Shown piece after piece: positions 1 through 8,554 of a stretch of DNA of 64,000 nucleotides. A model generated the notes under the pieces. The model was not told the DNA's origin. It was given only the letters and a program-made list of their open reading frames with translations, and ran no database searches. How positions within the stretch are numbered: the first letter of the stretch is position 1; the number at the start of each line of letters is the position of its first letter. The position numbers were made by a program, and so were the translations under genes. Source of the stretch: an uncultured Microthrixaceae bacterium (GTDB lineage Bacteria > Actinomycetota > Acidimicrobiia > Acidimicrobiales > Microtrichaceae); NCBI GenBank assembly GCA_964391365.1, contig CAYMKW010000003.1, positions 10,814-74,813 on the forward strand, in the 5' to 3' direction.

Positions 1-806
1 GCGCTGCTCACGAAGTCCCCGGCCCGTCGCTCGAGCTGTCCGGCGATGGTGCCCGGCATCGCCGCACCGGCCGCACCGCTCCCGCCGCCCGAACCCAGTC
101 CGGCGCGCTCGAAGGCGAGCGTCGTGTTGGCGACGGCCCAACCCTGGTTGAGTCCGCCGATCACCGCCGAGTCCGGGACCCGGACGTCGGACATGAAGAC
201 CTCGTTGAACATGGCGTGGCCGGTCATCTCCACCAACGGCCGGACGTCCATGCCCGGCTGGTCCATGGAGGCGGCGAACCACGTGATGCCCTGGTGCTTC
301 GGCACGTCCACGTCGGTCCGTGCGATCAGCATCCCCATGTCGGCCATGTGCCCGAGGGACGTCCAGACCTTCTGGCCGTTGACGATCCACTCGTCGCCGT
401 CACGTTCGGCCCGGGCGCCCAGGCTCGCCAGGTCGGATCCGGCACCCGGTTCGCTGAACAGCTGACACCACGCATCCAGACCTGTCACGATCCGACGCAC
501 GTAGTGGTCGATCTGCTCCTGGGTCCCGTGCGTGGCGATCGTCGGCGCGGCGAGCAGCAGGCCCAGACCACCCGGGGCGGACAGCGCTCCGTGTTCCGCA
601 ACGGCGCTCTGGACGGCCACCACGTCGTTGCGGGCGAGTCCCCGGCCGTAGGCGTTCTCGGGGAGACCGGGCGCCGACCAACCGGCGAGCCCGAGCCGCT
701 CCCACCACTCACCGACGGTCAGGTCCGGATCCCAGTTCTGCTCGAGCCAGGCGTTGACCTCGGCGACCACGTCGCCCGTTGCTGCGCTGTCCACGGTGTC
801 GGTCAC
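1..806 (-). CDS. acyl-CoA dehydrogenase, N-terminal ~268 aa (3' end lies beyond the left window edge)
   Basis: My reverse-strand translation from GTG at 806 (purine run GGGGGGA just upstream) reads VTDTVDSAATGDVVAEVNAWLEQNWDPDLTVGEWWERLGLAGWSAPGLPENAYGRGL...WCQLFSEPGAGSDLASLGARAERDGDEWIVNGQKVWTSLGHMADMGMLIARTD...HQGITWF. This matches the ACAD N-terminal and middle domains. The frame stays open to position 1. It is absent from the ORF track because the stop is outside the window. Confidence 0.8.
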   Translation of the reverse strand, partial: MTDTVDSAATGDVVAEVNAWLEQNWDPDLTVGEWWERLGLAGWSAPGLPENAYGRGLARNDVVAVQSAVAEHGALSAPGGLGLLLAAPTIATHGTQEQIDHYVRRIVTGLDAWCQLFSEPGAGSDLASLGARAERDGDEWIVNGQKVWTSLGHMADMGMLIARTDVDVPKHQGITWFAASMDQPGMDVRPLVEMTGHAMFNEVFMSDVRVPDSAVIGGLNQGWAVANTTLAFERAGLGSGGGSGAAGAAMPGTIAGQLERRAGDFVSS

Positions 807-898
807 GTCGGTCCCCCCGGTGTGGTCGTCGTCGCCCTGCATGCTCGCCCACCGCAGGCGTCGAGTCCAACCCCCCGGGGCCGCCCTCGACCGACGGC

Positions 899-1543
899 TC
901 AGGCCAGCCAGTCGCCCACGAAGGCGTCGAACCCGGCCCGGTCGACGGTGATCCGGAGGTGCCCCTCGTCGGTTCGGGCGATGTCCAGCGACGGACAGAA
1001 GAACGAGCCGCCCGGCGAGAAGAAGTGGGGCGAACCGACGACGGCCCGTTCCCGTCCGAGCCGGTACTCGTCCTCAACCGCACGGACATCGGCGATGGCA
1101 TCGGCGACCGAGTCGGGATCGAACCCGCACGCGACGGCCACGTCCGTGAGCACCGCTGGGTCGCTCACGTCCCGGCCCTGCTCGAAGAGTGCCGTGCGCA
1201 GCGCCAGGCTCACCGACTCCCCCAGCCGGAGATCCTGCGCGTAGGCGGCAGCCGCCAGCGCCATGGACGGGACGAACGACTCGGGGAAGGCGTCCTGTCG
1301 GAACCCGGCGAACTCGTCGACCGGCAGCTGGGCGCGCAGATCGTCGATCTCCTCGGCAATGAACTCGGCGTCGAGCGGCCGGCCGTTGACCCACTCCAGG
1401 GGCCACGCCCACACCCGCAGCACCACATCGGACCGGCCGAGGTCGTCCCGGCGACGCGCCAGCATCCGCAGCCCGACGTGGGCGAACGGACAGCCAACGT
1501 CCGCGAAGACGTCGACGACCACGGGCTCGGCAGGAGCCGTCAC
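899..1543 (-). CDS. DsbA-family thioredoxin-fold protein (single-Cys CPFA variant)
   Basis: This is the C-terminal 214 aa of track ORF 899..1852. VTAPAEPVVVDVFADVGCPFAHVGLRML...GSPHFF is DSBA-like. The GTG at 1543 overlaps the upstream gene's TGA (GTGA). The ORF upstream of 1543 is Arg/Gly-rich shadow. Confidence 0.6.
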   Translation of the reverse strand: MTAPAEPVVVDVFADVGCPFAHVGLRMLARRRDDLGRSDVVLRVWAWPLEWVNGRPLDAEFIAEEIDDLRAQLPVDEFAGFRQDAFPESFVPSMALAAAAYAQDLRLGESVSLALRTALFEQGRDVSDPAVLTDVAVACGFDPDSVADAIADVRAVEDEYRLGRERAVVGSPHFFSPGGSFFCPSLDIARTDEGHLRITVDRAGFDAFVGDWLA

Positions 1544-2970
1544 GGTGCCGATGGGACCGGCTCGGGCGGAGCGGCCTGCTGACGACGCTCGACCGTGGAG
1601 CGGAGCAGCTGGTCGTAGAGGGTCAGGATCTTGATCCCGTACTGCCGGTTGGTCGCCCAGACCCCGGCCAGCGACATCCAGGTCGCACAGCACCCCCGCA
1701 CGTACACCTTCTCGGGCGCCCGGCTGGCCGGCGGACGGGCCAGCGTGGCTGCCGTCGCCGTGGCATCGGCGTAGGTGCGGAGCAGTTGGATCTGCGCACG
1801 GGCCCCCAGCTGCGGCGTGGCGAAGATGTAGCCCCGGGTGCACGAGTCGCACGCGCCGATGCCGGCGTAGTTGTGGTCGCCCGGCTCGACCATGGATCCC
1901 GTGAAGCTGAACCAGCCGGTCTCCAACAACGACTGGACCCAGGCCAGGTCCGCCCGGACGCCCTCGGCAGCGCCCTCGTCGATGAAGTGCACGGCCAGCG
2001 CCTCGACGTCGACGCTCGGATGCGCCCGACCGTTGGCCCGGGCGAACGCGGCCAGGTCCTCGGCGGTCACCAACGAGGTGCCCAGGATCGTGGGGCCGGT
2101 GGCGTCGAACAGCGAGACGACGTTCGCCTCGACCTCGGGATCGAGCGGCCGGGACCGGAGCTCGGCCTCTGCCGTCCGGAGCTCGGCCACCACCGTGCTC
2201 CGGGAGGCCACCACCCCGCGGCGTTCCTCGACCGTCGCCTCGGCGGCCCGCTCCGCCGCCGCGGCGTCCGACAACGAACGCTCGGCATCAGCCAGATCGG
2301 CCCGGGTCGCCGCCACGGCGTGGTCTGCGTAGACGCGCGTCTGCTGGGCGTCGACGTAGCCGGGATCCTGACCGCCGGTCCCGACCCGGAGCCGGGACAG
2401 CGTGTCGTCACGTGCGGTGCCGACGCGCATGTAGGCGTCGGCGGCGAGCACGCCGAGCTGTCGGCGGAAGCTCCCGACCGTCCGGTCCCGTTCAGCCGTG
2501 ATCGAGGAGGCGGTGCGTTCCAGGGCCTCGGCGGCCGCCAGGTCGGTGGATGCCAGGTCGAGCGACGCCTGGGCGTCAGCGACACGGGCGACGACCACCG
2601 CCACCTCTGCGTCCCGGGCCTGCTGGGCCCGGATCCGCGCCTCGGCGAGCAGCTGGTCGATCGACACCGGGTCGAGGCGGACGGGCGAGGTCGGCAGGGG
2701 ATCCGTCGCGGTCCTGCGGCTGGTGCCGCCCGCCGGAGGTGCGATCGAGGTCGACGGCGTTGGGTCACCGGGTGCAGTGGTCGACGTGGTCGTCGAAGTG
2801 GTGCTCTGCGCAGGGTCGCCCGCCGGGTCGGTCTGGGCACCCACCGGTTGGGACGTCGCCAAGAGGAACAACGCCACCGATGCTCCCAACAGGGCCCGGC
2901 CACGGCGACGCGCGCCACCACCGGGGCGCGTACCGGTGGGTCCGGACGAGGTGCGGTCGGGGGGTCTCAT
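1540..2970 (-). CDS. secreted peptidoglycan hydrolase: signal peptide, Ala-rich coiled-coil region, C-terminal glucosaminidase (LytD/FlgJ-type) domain
   Basis: The ATG at 2970 gives MRPPDRTSS...RRRGRALLGASVALFLLATSQPVGAQT, a signal peptide. The C-terminus ETGWFSFTGSMVEPGDHNYAGIGACDSCTRGYIFATPQLGARAQIQLLRTYAD matches the mannosyl-glycoprotein endo-beta-N-acetylglucosaminidase fold motif. The track ORF start at 3192 adds 74 implausible residues. Confidence 0.7.
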   Translation of the reverse strand: MRPPDRTSSGPTGTRPGGGARRRGRALLGASVALFLLATSQPVGAQTDPAGDPAQSTTSTTTSTTAPGDPTPSTSIAPPAGGTSRRTATDPLPTSPVRLDPVSIDQLLAEARIRAQQARDAEVAVVVARVADAQASLDLASTDLAAAEALERTASSITAERDRTVGSFRRQLGVLAADAYMRVGTARDDTLSRLRVGTGGQDPGYVDAQQTRVYADHAVAATRADLADAERSLSDAAAAERAAEATVEERRGVVASRSTVVAELRTAEAELRSRPLDPEVEANVVSLFDATGPTILGTSLVTAEDLAAFARANGRAHPSVDVEALAVHFIDEGAAEGVRADLAWVQSLLETGWFSFTGSMVEPGDHNYAGIGACDSCTRGYIFATPQLGARAQIQLLRTYADATATAATLARPPASRAPEKVYVRGCCATWMSLAGVWATNRQYGIKILTLYDQLLRSTVERRQQAAPPEPVPSAP

Positions 2971-3073
2971 GGTCGCATCGCGCTGGCCCCGTGGTTCTAG
3001 TCCGGTGCCTCGGTCATGGCTAGGGGCGAACCCGATCGAACCCGCCCCTTGCCGCCCGGATCCGTCGGTACTA

Positions 3074-3100
3074 CGTTTTCCGAAGTGCCTTCGGAAAACG
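3074..3100. promoter_or_regulatory. perfect 12-bp inverted repeat CGTTTTCCGAAG-tgc-CTTCGGAAAACG, candidate TetR operator
   Basis: Read directly from the sequence. It is locally AT-richer than its surroundings. It lies in the divergent region between the PG-hydrolase gene (start 2970) and the TetR gene. The GTG at 3085 sits at the dyad centre. Confidence 0.5.
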
Positions 3101-3837
3101 CCGTCGTCGACCGTCGGGGCCGCAAGCGGGCGGCCCGGCGCGACGCGCTCCTCGACCTGGCCGGCGATCTCGTTGCGGCCGGCGGCGTCCACGCCCTCAC
3201 GATGACCTCACTGGCGCAGGCCGCCGACTACGCGCCCGCGTCGCTGTACACCTACTTCCCCTCACGTTCCTCGCTCATCGCCACCCTCCAGGAACAGGCG
3301 CTCCTCCGGCTCGCCGCCGCCGCACGGACGGCGGTGGAACGCTGGGACGACGACCTCCGCGCCCTCGGGACCGGCACCGACGACCCGGGTGGCGCGTTGG
3401 CCCGACTGTGGGCCTTCAACGACCTGCTGGTCCGGGCTCCGGCGGAGCACCCCCGGGATTTCGCCCTCCAGCAGGAACTGCTGGTGGCGGTCGATGCCGA
3501 GACCGACGACGACGCCGCCAGAGTCGTCCCGAGCGCCATGGCGGTCCTCGACGTCCCGCGCACCCTCCTGCTCCGGGCCGCCGGAGCGGGAGCGATCACG
3601 AACGAGGCCGACGAACAGGTGGGCCGCACCCTGGCGTGGGTGGCTGCGATCAACGGGGCGCTCCTCGCCGGACGGGTGCGCTCCGGGCTCGCCGTCGGTC
3701 CGACGTCCCTGGCCGAGTCGATCAGCCGGTCGATGCTCGTCGGGTGGGGCGCCCCGATCGACCTGGTCGACAGCGCGCGGGTGCTGGCGCTGCGCTGGCA
3801 GGACGGAACGGGAACCCAACCGGAGGAGACACCGTGA
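3085..3837 (+). CDS. TetR/AcrR-family transcriptional regulator
   Basis: The HTH region is RRGRKRAARRDALLDLAGDLVAAGGVHALTMTSLAQAADYAPASLYTYFPSRSSL. I prefer the GTG at 3085 because it leaves about 114 bp of divergent promoter space. The track's ATG at 3016 is an alternative. The stop overlaps the next gene's GTG (GTGA at 3834-3837). Confidence 0.8.
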   Translation: MPSENAVVDRRGRKRAARRDALLDLAGDLVAAGGVHALTMTSLAQAADYAPASLYTYFPSRSSLIATLQEQALLRLAAAARTAVERWDDDLRALGTGTDDPGGALARLWAFNDLLVRAPAEHPRDFALQQELLVAVDAETDDDAARVVPSAMAVLDVPRTLLLRAAGAGAITNEADEQVGRTLAWVAAINGALLAGRVRSGLAVGPTSLAESISRSMLVGWGAPIDLVDSARVLALRWQDGTGTQPEETP

Positions 3838-4478
3838 CCACCACCATCGGCAGCCTCCTCGTCGCTGCGCTCTGCATCGGCATCGGCATGAACCTCTGGT
3901 TCCTGGCCGAGTACCTGCTCCACCGGTTCGCCATGCACCACCTGCACGGCCGAGGGATCATGAGCCGGGAACACCTGGAGCACCACGTCCACTCCTCGTG
4001 GTCGTTCGACGTCACGCACCTCATGTCGTGGACCGGTGTCGCCGTCGTGGGGGGTCTGGTCTGGTTCCCGATCGGCTGGGCCGTCGCCGGCACGGCCGTC
4101 GGAATCCTGCTCGCCGTCGGCTGGGCCCTGGGCTACGCCTTCTACGAGTTCCAGCACGCCCGCTGTCACCTGGCGCCACCGCGGGGGAGCTACGGCCGCT
4201 GGGTGCGACGGCACCACTTCCAGCACCACTTCGGGGCACCCATGTCGAACCACGGTGTGTCGATCCCGGTCTGGGACCTGGTGTTCGGCACCCGACGCGA
4301 GGTCGAGCGGGTCCGGGTGCCCCGCCGGCTCGCCCTGCCCTGGATGCTGGACGACACCGGCGCACTGCGCCCCGAGTTCGCCGAGGACTACGAACTGGTC
4401 GGCCGGGACCTCCTGGACGAACGCCAGGCGGGGATCGACCGGGCCAGGGCGTTCGCCTCGATCGCTCCCACGGACTGA
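3834..4478 (+). CDS. fatty acid hydroxylase / sterol desaturase superfamily membrane protein
   Basis: The GTG at 3834 is preceded by GGAGGAG. His boxes are HRFAMHH, HLEHHVH and HHFQHH, with hydrophobic segments between them. The N-terminal part of track ORF 3408..4478 is out-of-frame overlap with the TetR gene. Confidence 0.75.
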   Translation: MTTTIGSLLVAALCIGIGMNLWFLAEYLLHRFAMHHLHGRGIMSREHLEHHVHSSWSFDVTHLMSWTGVAVVGGLVWFPIGWAVAGTAVGILLAVGWALGYAFYEFQHARCHLAPPRGSYGRWVRRHHFQHHFGAPMSNHGVSIPVWDLVFGTRREVERVRVPRRLALPWMLDDTGALRPEFAEDYELVGRDLLDERQAGIDRARAFASIAPTD

Positions 4479-4483
4479 GCCGA

Positions 4484-5302
4484 TCAGCGACCGCCGTGGC
4501 GGAGCAGGACCTCCTGGGCGAAGGTCGCCACGTGGACCCCGTCGGTCGAGTGGACGTGCCCGATCGCGAGTCCCCGACCGCCGACGAAGGTGTGGCAGGT
4601 CACGTCGTGCAGGTGCCACTCATCGGCTCGGAACGGGCGGTGGAACCAGATCGTGTGGTCCAGGCTCGCCGTGAAGACGCTCGACTCGGCGTCCTCGGGC
4701 CAGTCGCGGCTGATCGGGTGCGCCCGCACGACCGCATCGGTCGGCAGGTCGTCGGAGATGTAGGCCAGCGCGGCTGCGTGGTCGACCTGCCCGGCACCCG
4801 GTGAGCCGACCGCCCGGAACCAGCCGGCCGCACGACCCGCGCCCTCCCGCTGCGGCAGCGAGGCCACCGCCTCCGGGGGCAGCATGGCCCGTTCGAACAC
4901 CGGACTCCACGACGACTGCTCCAGGTCGGCCGGTGCCGGCACCTCCAGCGGCATCGGGATCGTCACCACGTCGTCGGAGGGCTCGGGGCGCTGGAAGCTG
5001 GCCTCCAGGTTCAGGATCGCTCCGGGCATCTGGTGGGCCACCACCCTGCGGGTGCAGAACGAACGACCGTCACGGATCGGGTCGACCTCGTAGAGAACCG
5101 GCTGCTCGTGGTCGCCACGCCGGATGAAGTAGGCGCGCAGCGAGTGCACCTCGAACTCGTCGTCGACACCGACGGCCGCTGCGGCCAGGGCCTGCGCCAC
5201 GATCTGCCCGCCGTAGAGCCCGCCCCAGGGGTACCGGGGTCCACGACCGATCCAGGTGCCGTGGTCACCGGCACGCAGCGAGAGGATCTCGCCGACGTCC
5301 AC
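4484..5302 (-). CDS. tesB: acyl-CoA thioesterase II
   Basis: The 272-aa ORF has a double hot-dog TesB pattern: WGGLYGGQIVAQALAAA...HSLRAYFIRRGD...YEVDPIRDGRSFCTRRV...SLDHTIWFHRPFRADEW. Confidence 0.85.
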   Translation of the reverse strand: MDVGEILSLRAGDHGTWIGRGPRYPWGGLYGGQIVAQALAAAAVGVDDEFEVHSLRAYFIRRGDHEQPVLYEVDPIRDGRSFCTRRVVAHQMPGAILNLEASFQRPEPSDDVVTIPMPLEVPAPADLEQSSWSPVFERAMLPPEAVASLPQREGAGRAAGWFRAVGSPGAGQVDHAAALAYISDDLPTDAVVRAHPISRDWPEDAESSVFTASLDHTIWFHRPFRADEWHLHDVTCHTFVGGRGLAIGHVHSTDGVHVATFAQEVLLRHGGR

Positions 5303-5304
5303 GA

Positions 5305-5775
5305 TCAGGAGCCGATCGACGTCGGGTCGAAGGTGAGGTGGCGGGCCACGTCACCCCAGATCGACGGCTCCATCCGCCGGGAGCGGAACACCCACGCGCC
5401 ACGGTCACGCTCGACGCGATCCACGTACCGTCCCGTCACGATCGGCTCCAGCGCACCACTCCCCACCTGCTGCAGGACGAGGAACCGAGAGCGGGCGACC
5501 GCCGAACCGTCGGGCCGGGCCTCGACCACCAGGTTGGTGACCAGGTGCACCGTCTCCGGTGTGCCCGAGTCGTGACGCCGCGTGGTCGCAGCGAACAGCT
5601 CCGTCACCGCTGCGGCGCCTGCGGCGACGACGCGGTCCTCGCCGTCGCGGAGTTCGCCACCGGCGAACAGGGCGCCGACCGCAGCGAAGTCGCCGTCGTC
5701 CACCGCGGCGCTGTAGCGGGCGAGCAGCTCGGCGATCTCGAATCGATCCGCAGCGGTCAGTCCCATCCCGGCCAT
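5305..5775 (-). CDS. SnoaL-like / NTF2-fold protein
   Basis: The ATG at 5775 gives MAGMGLTAADRFEIAELLARYSAAVDDGDFAAVGALFA...GRYVDRVERDRGAWVFRSRR, the SnoaL_4 pattern. The upstream 376 aa of track ORF 5305..6903 is low-complexity shadow. Confidence 0.7.
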   Translation of the reverse strand: MAGMGLTAADRFEIAELLARYSAAVDDGDFAAVGALFAGGELRDGEDRVVAAGAAAVTELFAATTRRHDSGTPETVHLVTNLVVEARPDGSAVARSRFLVLQQVGSGALEPIVTGRYVDRVERDRGAWVFRSRRMEPSIWGDVARHLTFDPTSIGS

Positions 5776-5884
5776 GTTCGCAGCCTCCCGGCCGCGGCGT
5801 GACCACCCGTACCCGCATCGGGTCGGAGGGAACATCGGGACCGGGACAGGGGTTCCCTCCGGCGTGAGGCTCACCACCGTCCCG

Positions 5885-6493
5885 ATGGCGGGAACGATCT
5901 CGTCGTGTGGGTTCGCCTCGGGCGACCGGTTCGTCGTCGGATCCTGGCGTGAGTCGCCGATCGGGCGAACCGTCGACGTGATGTGGGCCCGACCGGACGG
6001 GACCCGGGTCCTGCTCGCCCCCGACGACGCCACGGCGGACTTCGTGACCTCGGTGTACGAGTTCGACGAGGTGCGGGTCCTGGACCTGACGGCCAGCGCC
6101 ACCCCCCGGCACCTGGTCCTTCGCAGTGACGTCCTCCAGCTCAGTCTGAAGGCCGGGGGGCCGTCGTTCGTCCTGCCGCCACGCCCACTGTGGTTCACCC
6201 GGTTCGTCGAACGGCCGGTGGCGTTCGCCCTGCTCGGCGTCCGGACGTGGGGTACCAGCCCCACCGGCGTGCAGGAGTGGTACCAGGCCCGGAGGTGCAG
6301 CCTCGTGTCCTCGGCCAGTGCCACCCTGAACGGCGTGGACCTGGGCGGTCGTCGTTCACTCCGGCCCACCTGCGGGTTCGGCTTCTCCGAGTCGCCACCA
6401 TGGCCGACGATCGTCGACGTCCGCCCGACACTCGGTGTGCCCGAGGGGTGGCTGGCCGCCCGGACGGGCAGACAGGTCGTCCCCAGCTGGTGA
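5885..6493 (+). CDS. hypothetical protein (no family recognised)
   Basis: The composition is coding-like: MAGTISSCGFASGDRFVVGSWRESPIGRTVDVMWARPDGTRVLLAPDD...WFTRFVERPVAFALLGVRTWG. The start is uncertain, with alternatives at GTG 5864 and the track start 5774. Confidence 0.5.
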   Translation: MAGTISSCGFASGDRFVVGSWRESPIGRTVDVMWARPDGTRVLLAPDDATADFVTSVYEFDEVRVLDLTASATPRHLVLRSDVLQLSLKAGGPSFVLPPRPLWFTRFVERPVAFALLGVRTWGTSPTGVQEWYQARRCSLVSSASATLNGVDLGGRRSLRPTCGFGFSESPPWPTIVDVRPTLGVPEGWLAARTGRQVVPSW

Positions 6494-6559
6494 GCAGTCT
6501 CCCCTCGGGGCGCATCCACCGGAGTGGTCCCCGACCGGAGCCCCCGGCAGACTGGGCGA

Positions 6560-7381
6560 GTGTCCACGAACGAGTTCGATCGCGTCCCGTCCGACCGCCC
6601 ACCCGTCGAGGAACACCTCCTCGAGCAGGCCGTCGAGTGGACCCGGGCTGCGGGTGAGCTGACCCTCGGGTACTTCAACCATCCCGAGCTCGACGTCGAC
6701 CACAAGCACGACGGCTCGCCGGTCACGGCTGCGGACCGAGCCGCCGAGCACCTGCTCCGGGAGCTGATCACGGCCGCCCACCCGGACGACACCGTCCGGG
6801 GCGAGGAGCACGCCGACCACGTCGGATCCTCCGGGCGGACCTGGGTCATCGATCCGATCGACGGAACCCGGCCGTTCAGTCGCGGGGTCGGGACGTTCTC
6901 CAACCTGCTCTACCTCGAGGACGAACACGGCCCCGCCGTCGGTGTGGTCAACCTGCCGGCGCTCGGCGAGACGGTTGCCGCAGGCCGTGGGCTCGGCTGC
7001 TTCGCCGACGGGGTCCCGTGCCGGGTGTCCGACACCTCGACCCTGGACGGTGCACACCTGTCCTGCACCAGCTTCGACGGGTGGTCCGCGCAGCGTTTCG
7101 AACGCGTCCGGTCGAACGGAATCGAACTGCGGACCTGGGGGGATGCCTACGGCTATGCGCTCGTCGCCACCGGTCGCATCGACGCCATGTGCGACCCGGC
7201 CCTCGCCTGGTGGGACATCGCTCCCCTGCTCGTCCTGCTCCCCGAGGCCGGCGGCGTGATCACGTCGTTCGGTGGCGGCCCCGCAGAGCAGAGGAACGTC
7301 GACCACCCCGAGTACGCCTACTCAGCGGTGGCGTCGAACGGCGTCCTGCACGAGCAACTGCTCGGTGTCATCCACGGCTGA
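6560..7381 (+). CDS. inositol monophosphatase family protein / histidinol-phosphatase (HisN-like)
   Basis: Motifs seen are SPVTAADRAAE, WVIDPIDGT and WDIAPLLVLLPEAGG. The start is GTG 6560 or the track start 6524. Confidence 0.8.
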   Translation: MSTNEFDRVPSDRPPVEEHLLEQAVEWTRAAGELTLGYFNHPELDVDHKHDGSPVTAADRAAEHLLRELITAAHPDDTVRGEEHADHVGSSGRTWVIDPIDGTRPFSRGVGTFSNLLYLEDEHGPAVGVVNLPALGETVAAGRGLGCFADGVPCRVSDTSTLDGAHLSCTSFDGWSAQRFERVRSNGIELRTWGDAYGYALVATGRIDAMCDPALAWWDIAPLLVLLPEAGGVITSFGGGPAEQRNVDHPEYAYSAVASNGVLHEQLLGVIHG

Positions 7382-7390
7382 GCCAGTGGT

Positions 7391-8446
7391 TCAGAGTGCG
7401 GCGATGATGGCGAGGAAGCGCTCGTCGGTCCCGTCGTCGGTGGCCGATGCGATGCGCTCGACGCACGGCGCCGACGTTCGGATCGCGTCGGCGTAGGCCG
7501 CCCGGCGGCGTTCGACCAGCGACGGCCGATCCTGACCGATGGCGGGACCGCCCAGGTCGACGTACTGCGCCTCGATACCTCGCCGCATGGCGGCCAGGGC
7601 CTCGGTCCGCAGCTGCGAGACCCGAGAGACCGTGACGCCGAGTGACCGGGCGAGCTCCTCGGAACTCAGCTGCTCGACGAAGTACCCCACGACCACCGCT
7701 CGGTGTCGCTCGGGCAGGTGCGCCACTGCGTGACGGACGTAGGCGTGCAACTCCCGTCGCTCGAGCTCCTCGCTCGGCTCCGGGGTCGAGTCGTCGGCGA
7801 TGCGCTCGGCGACCGAGGACGGCGCTCCAGCCTCACCCTGTCCGGCTGCAGGAGCATCCAGGCCCAGGAGGGCAGCGCGGACGACCCGCTCACGGACCCG
7901 GTCGACCTCACGGGCCTCCACGCCGAGGTGTTCGGCGGTCTCGTCAACGGTCGGGCGACGGCGCAGTCGCTCGGCCAGGTGCGTTTCGGCCTGGTCGACC
8001 GCCCTGGCCTGCACCCGCACGGACCGTGGCGCCCAGTCGGAGGAGCGGACCGAGTCGAGCACTGCCCCCCGGATCCGCCGGGCGGCGAACCGGGCGAAGG
8101 GGATCGATCGACTCCCGTCGAAGCGATGGGCGGCCTCGACCAGACCGACCATCCCCGCACGGACGAGCTCTTCGCGGTCGACGTGTCGGGGGAACCGGAC
8201 GGCGACCTGAGCGACGACCTGCTCGACCAGATCGAGGTGTTCCTCCACCAGTCGGCCGCGAGGATCCGGCTCAGCGGTCCTGTCCGGTGATCGCCGCCGC
8301 CGTCGGGCGGCCGCCCGTTGGTCCAGCCAGTCGGCCGACCCCGCATCCGGCTCGCTCCGAAGGTCCTCGTGTCCCACTGTCACTCCAACCGGGATCGTCC
8401 GTCCGCTGCACCCGGATCGTTCCCGGATGGCCGCACCGACCGGCAC
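7391..8446 (-). CDS. FliA/WhiG-type (group 3) RNA polymerase sigma factor with N- and C-terminal extensions
   Basis: Region 2 is LVEEHLDLVEQVVAQVAVRFPRHVDREELVRAGMVGLVEAAHRFD. The family hallmark is FARFAARRIRGAVLDSVRSSDWAPRSVR. Region 4 is LSSEELARSLGVTVSRVSQLRTEALAAMR. The true start may be internal, since about 65 aa precede region 2. Confidence 0.75.
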   Translation of the reverse strand: MPVGAAIRERSGCSGRTIPVGVTVGHEDLRSEPDAGSADWLDQRAAARRRRRSPDRTAEPDPRGRLVEEHLDLVEQVVAQVAVRFPRHVDREELVRAGMVGLVEAAHRFDGSRSIPFARFAARRIRGAVLDSVRSSDWAPRSVRVQARAVDQAETHLAERLRRRPTVDETAEHLGVEAREVDRVRERVVRAALLGLDAPAAGQGEAGAPSSVAERIADDSTPEPSEELERRELHAYVRHAVAHLPERHRAVVVGYFVEQLSSEELARSLGVTVSRVSQLRTEALAAMRRGIEAQYVDLGGPAIGQDRPSLVERRRAAYADAIRTSAPCVERIASATDDGTDERFLAIIAAL

Positions 8447-8554
8447 GACAGGGGGTCATCGGTCGCGCCACGCCGGGAACTTGAGCAGAAATCCCGAGAA
8501 ATCCTGGATCTCACGGACAGTGGCGGAAACCGGTCGACGCCATCGCTCTGAGCG

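Noticed and set aside
3252-4804. ORFs 3252..4619 (-, 455 aa) and 3389..4804 (+, 471 aa)
   Set aside because: They overlap the TetR, hydroxylase and tesB genes in wrong frames or strands. No motifs were found.
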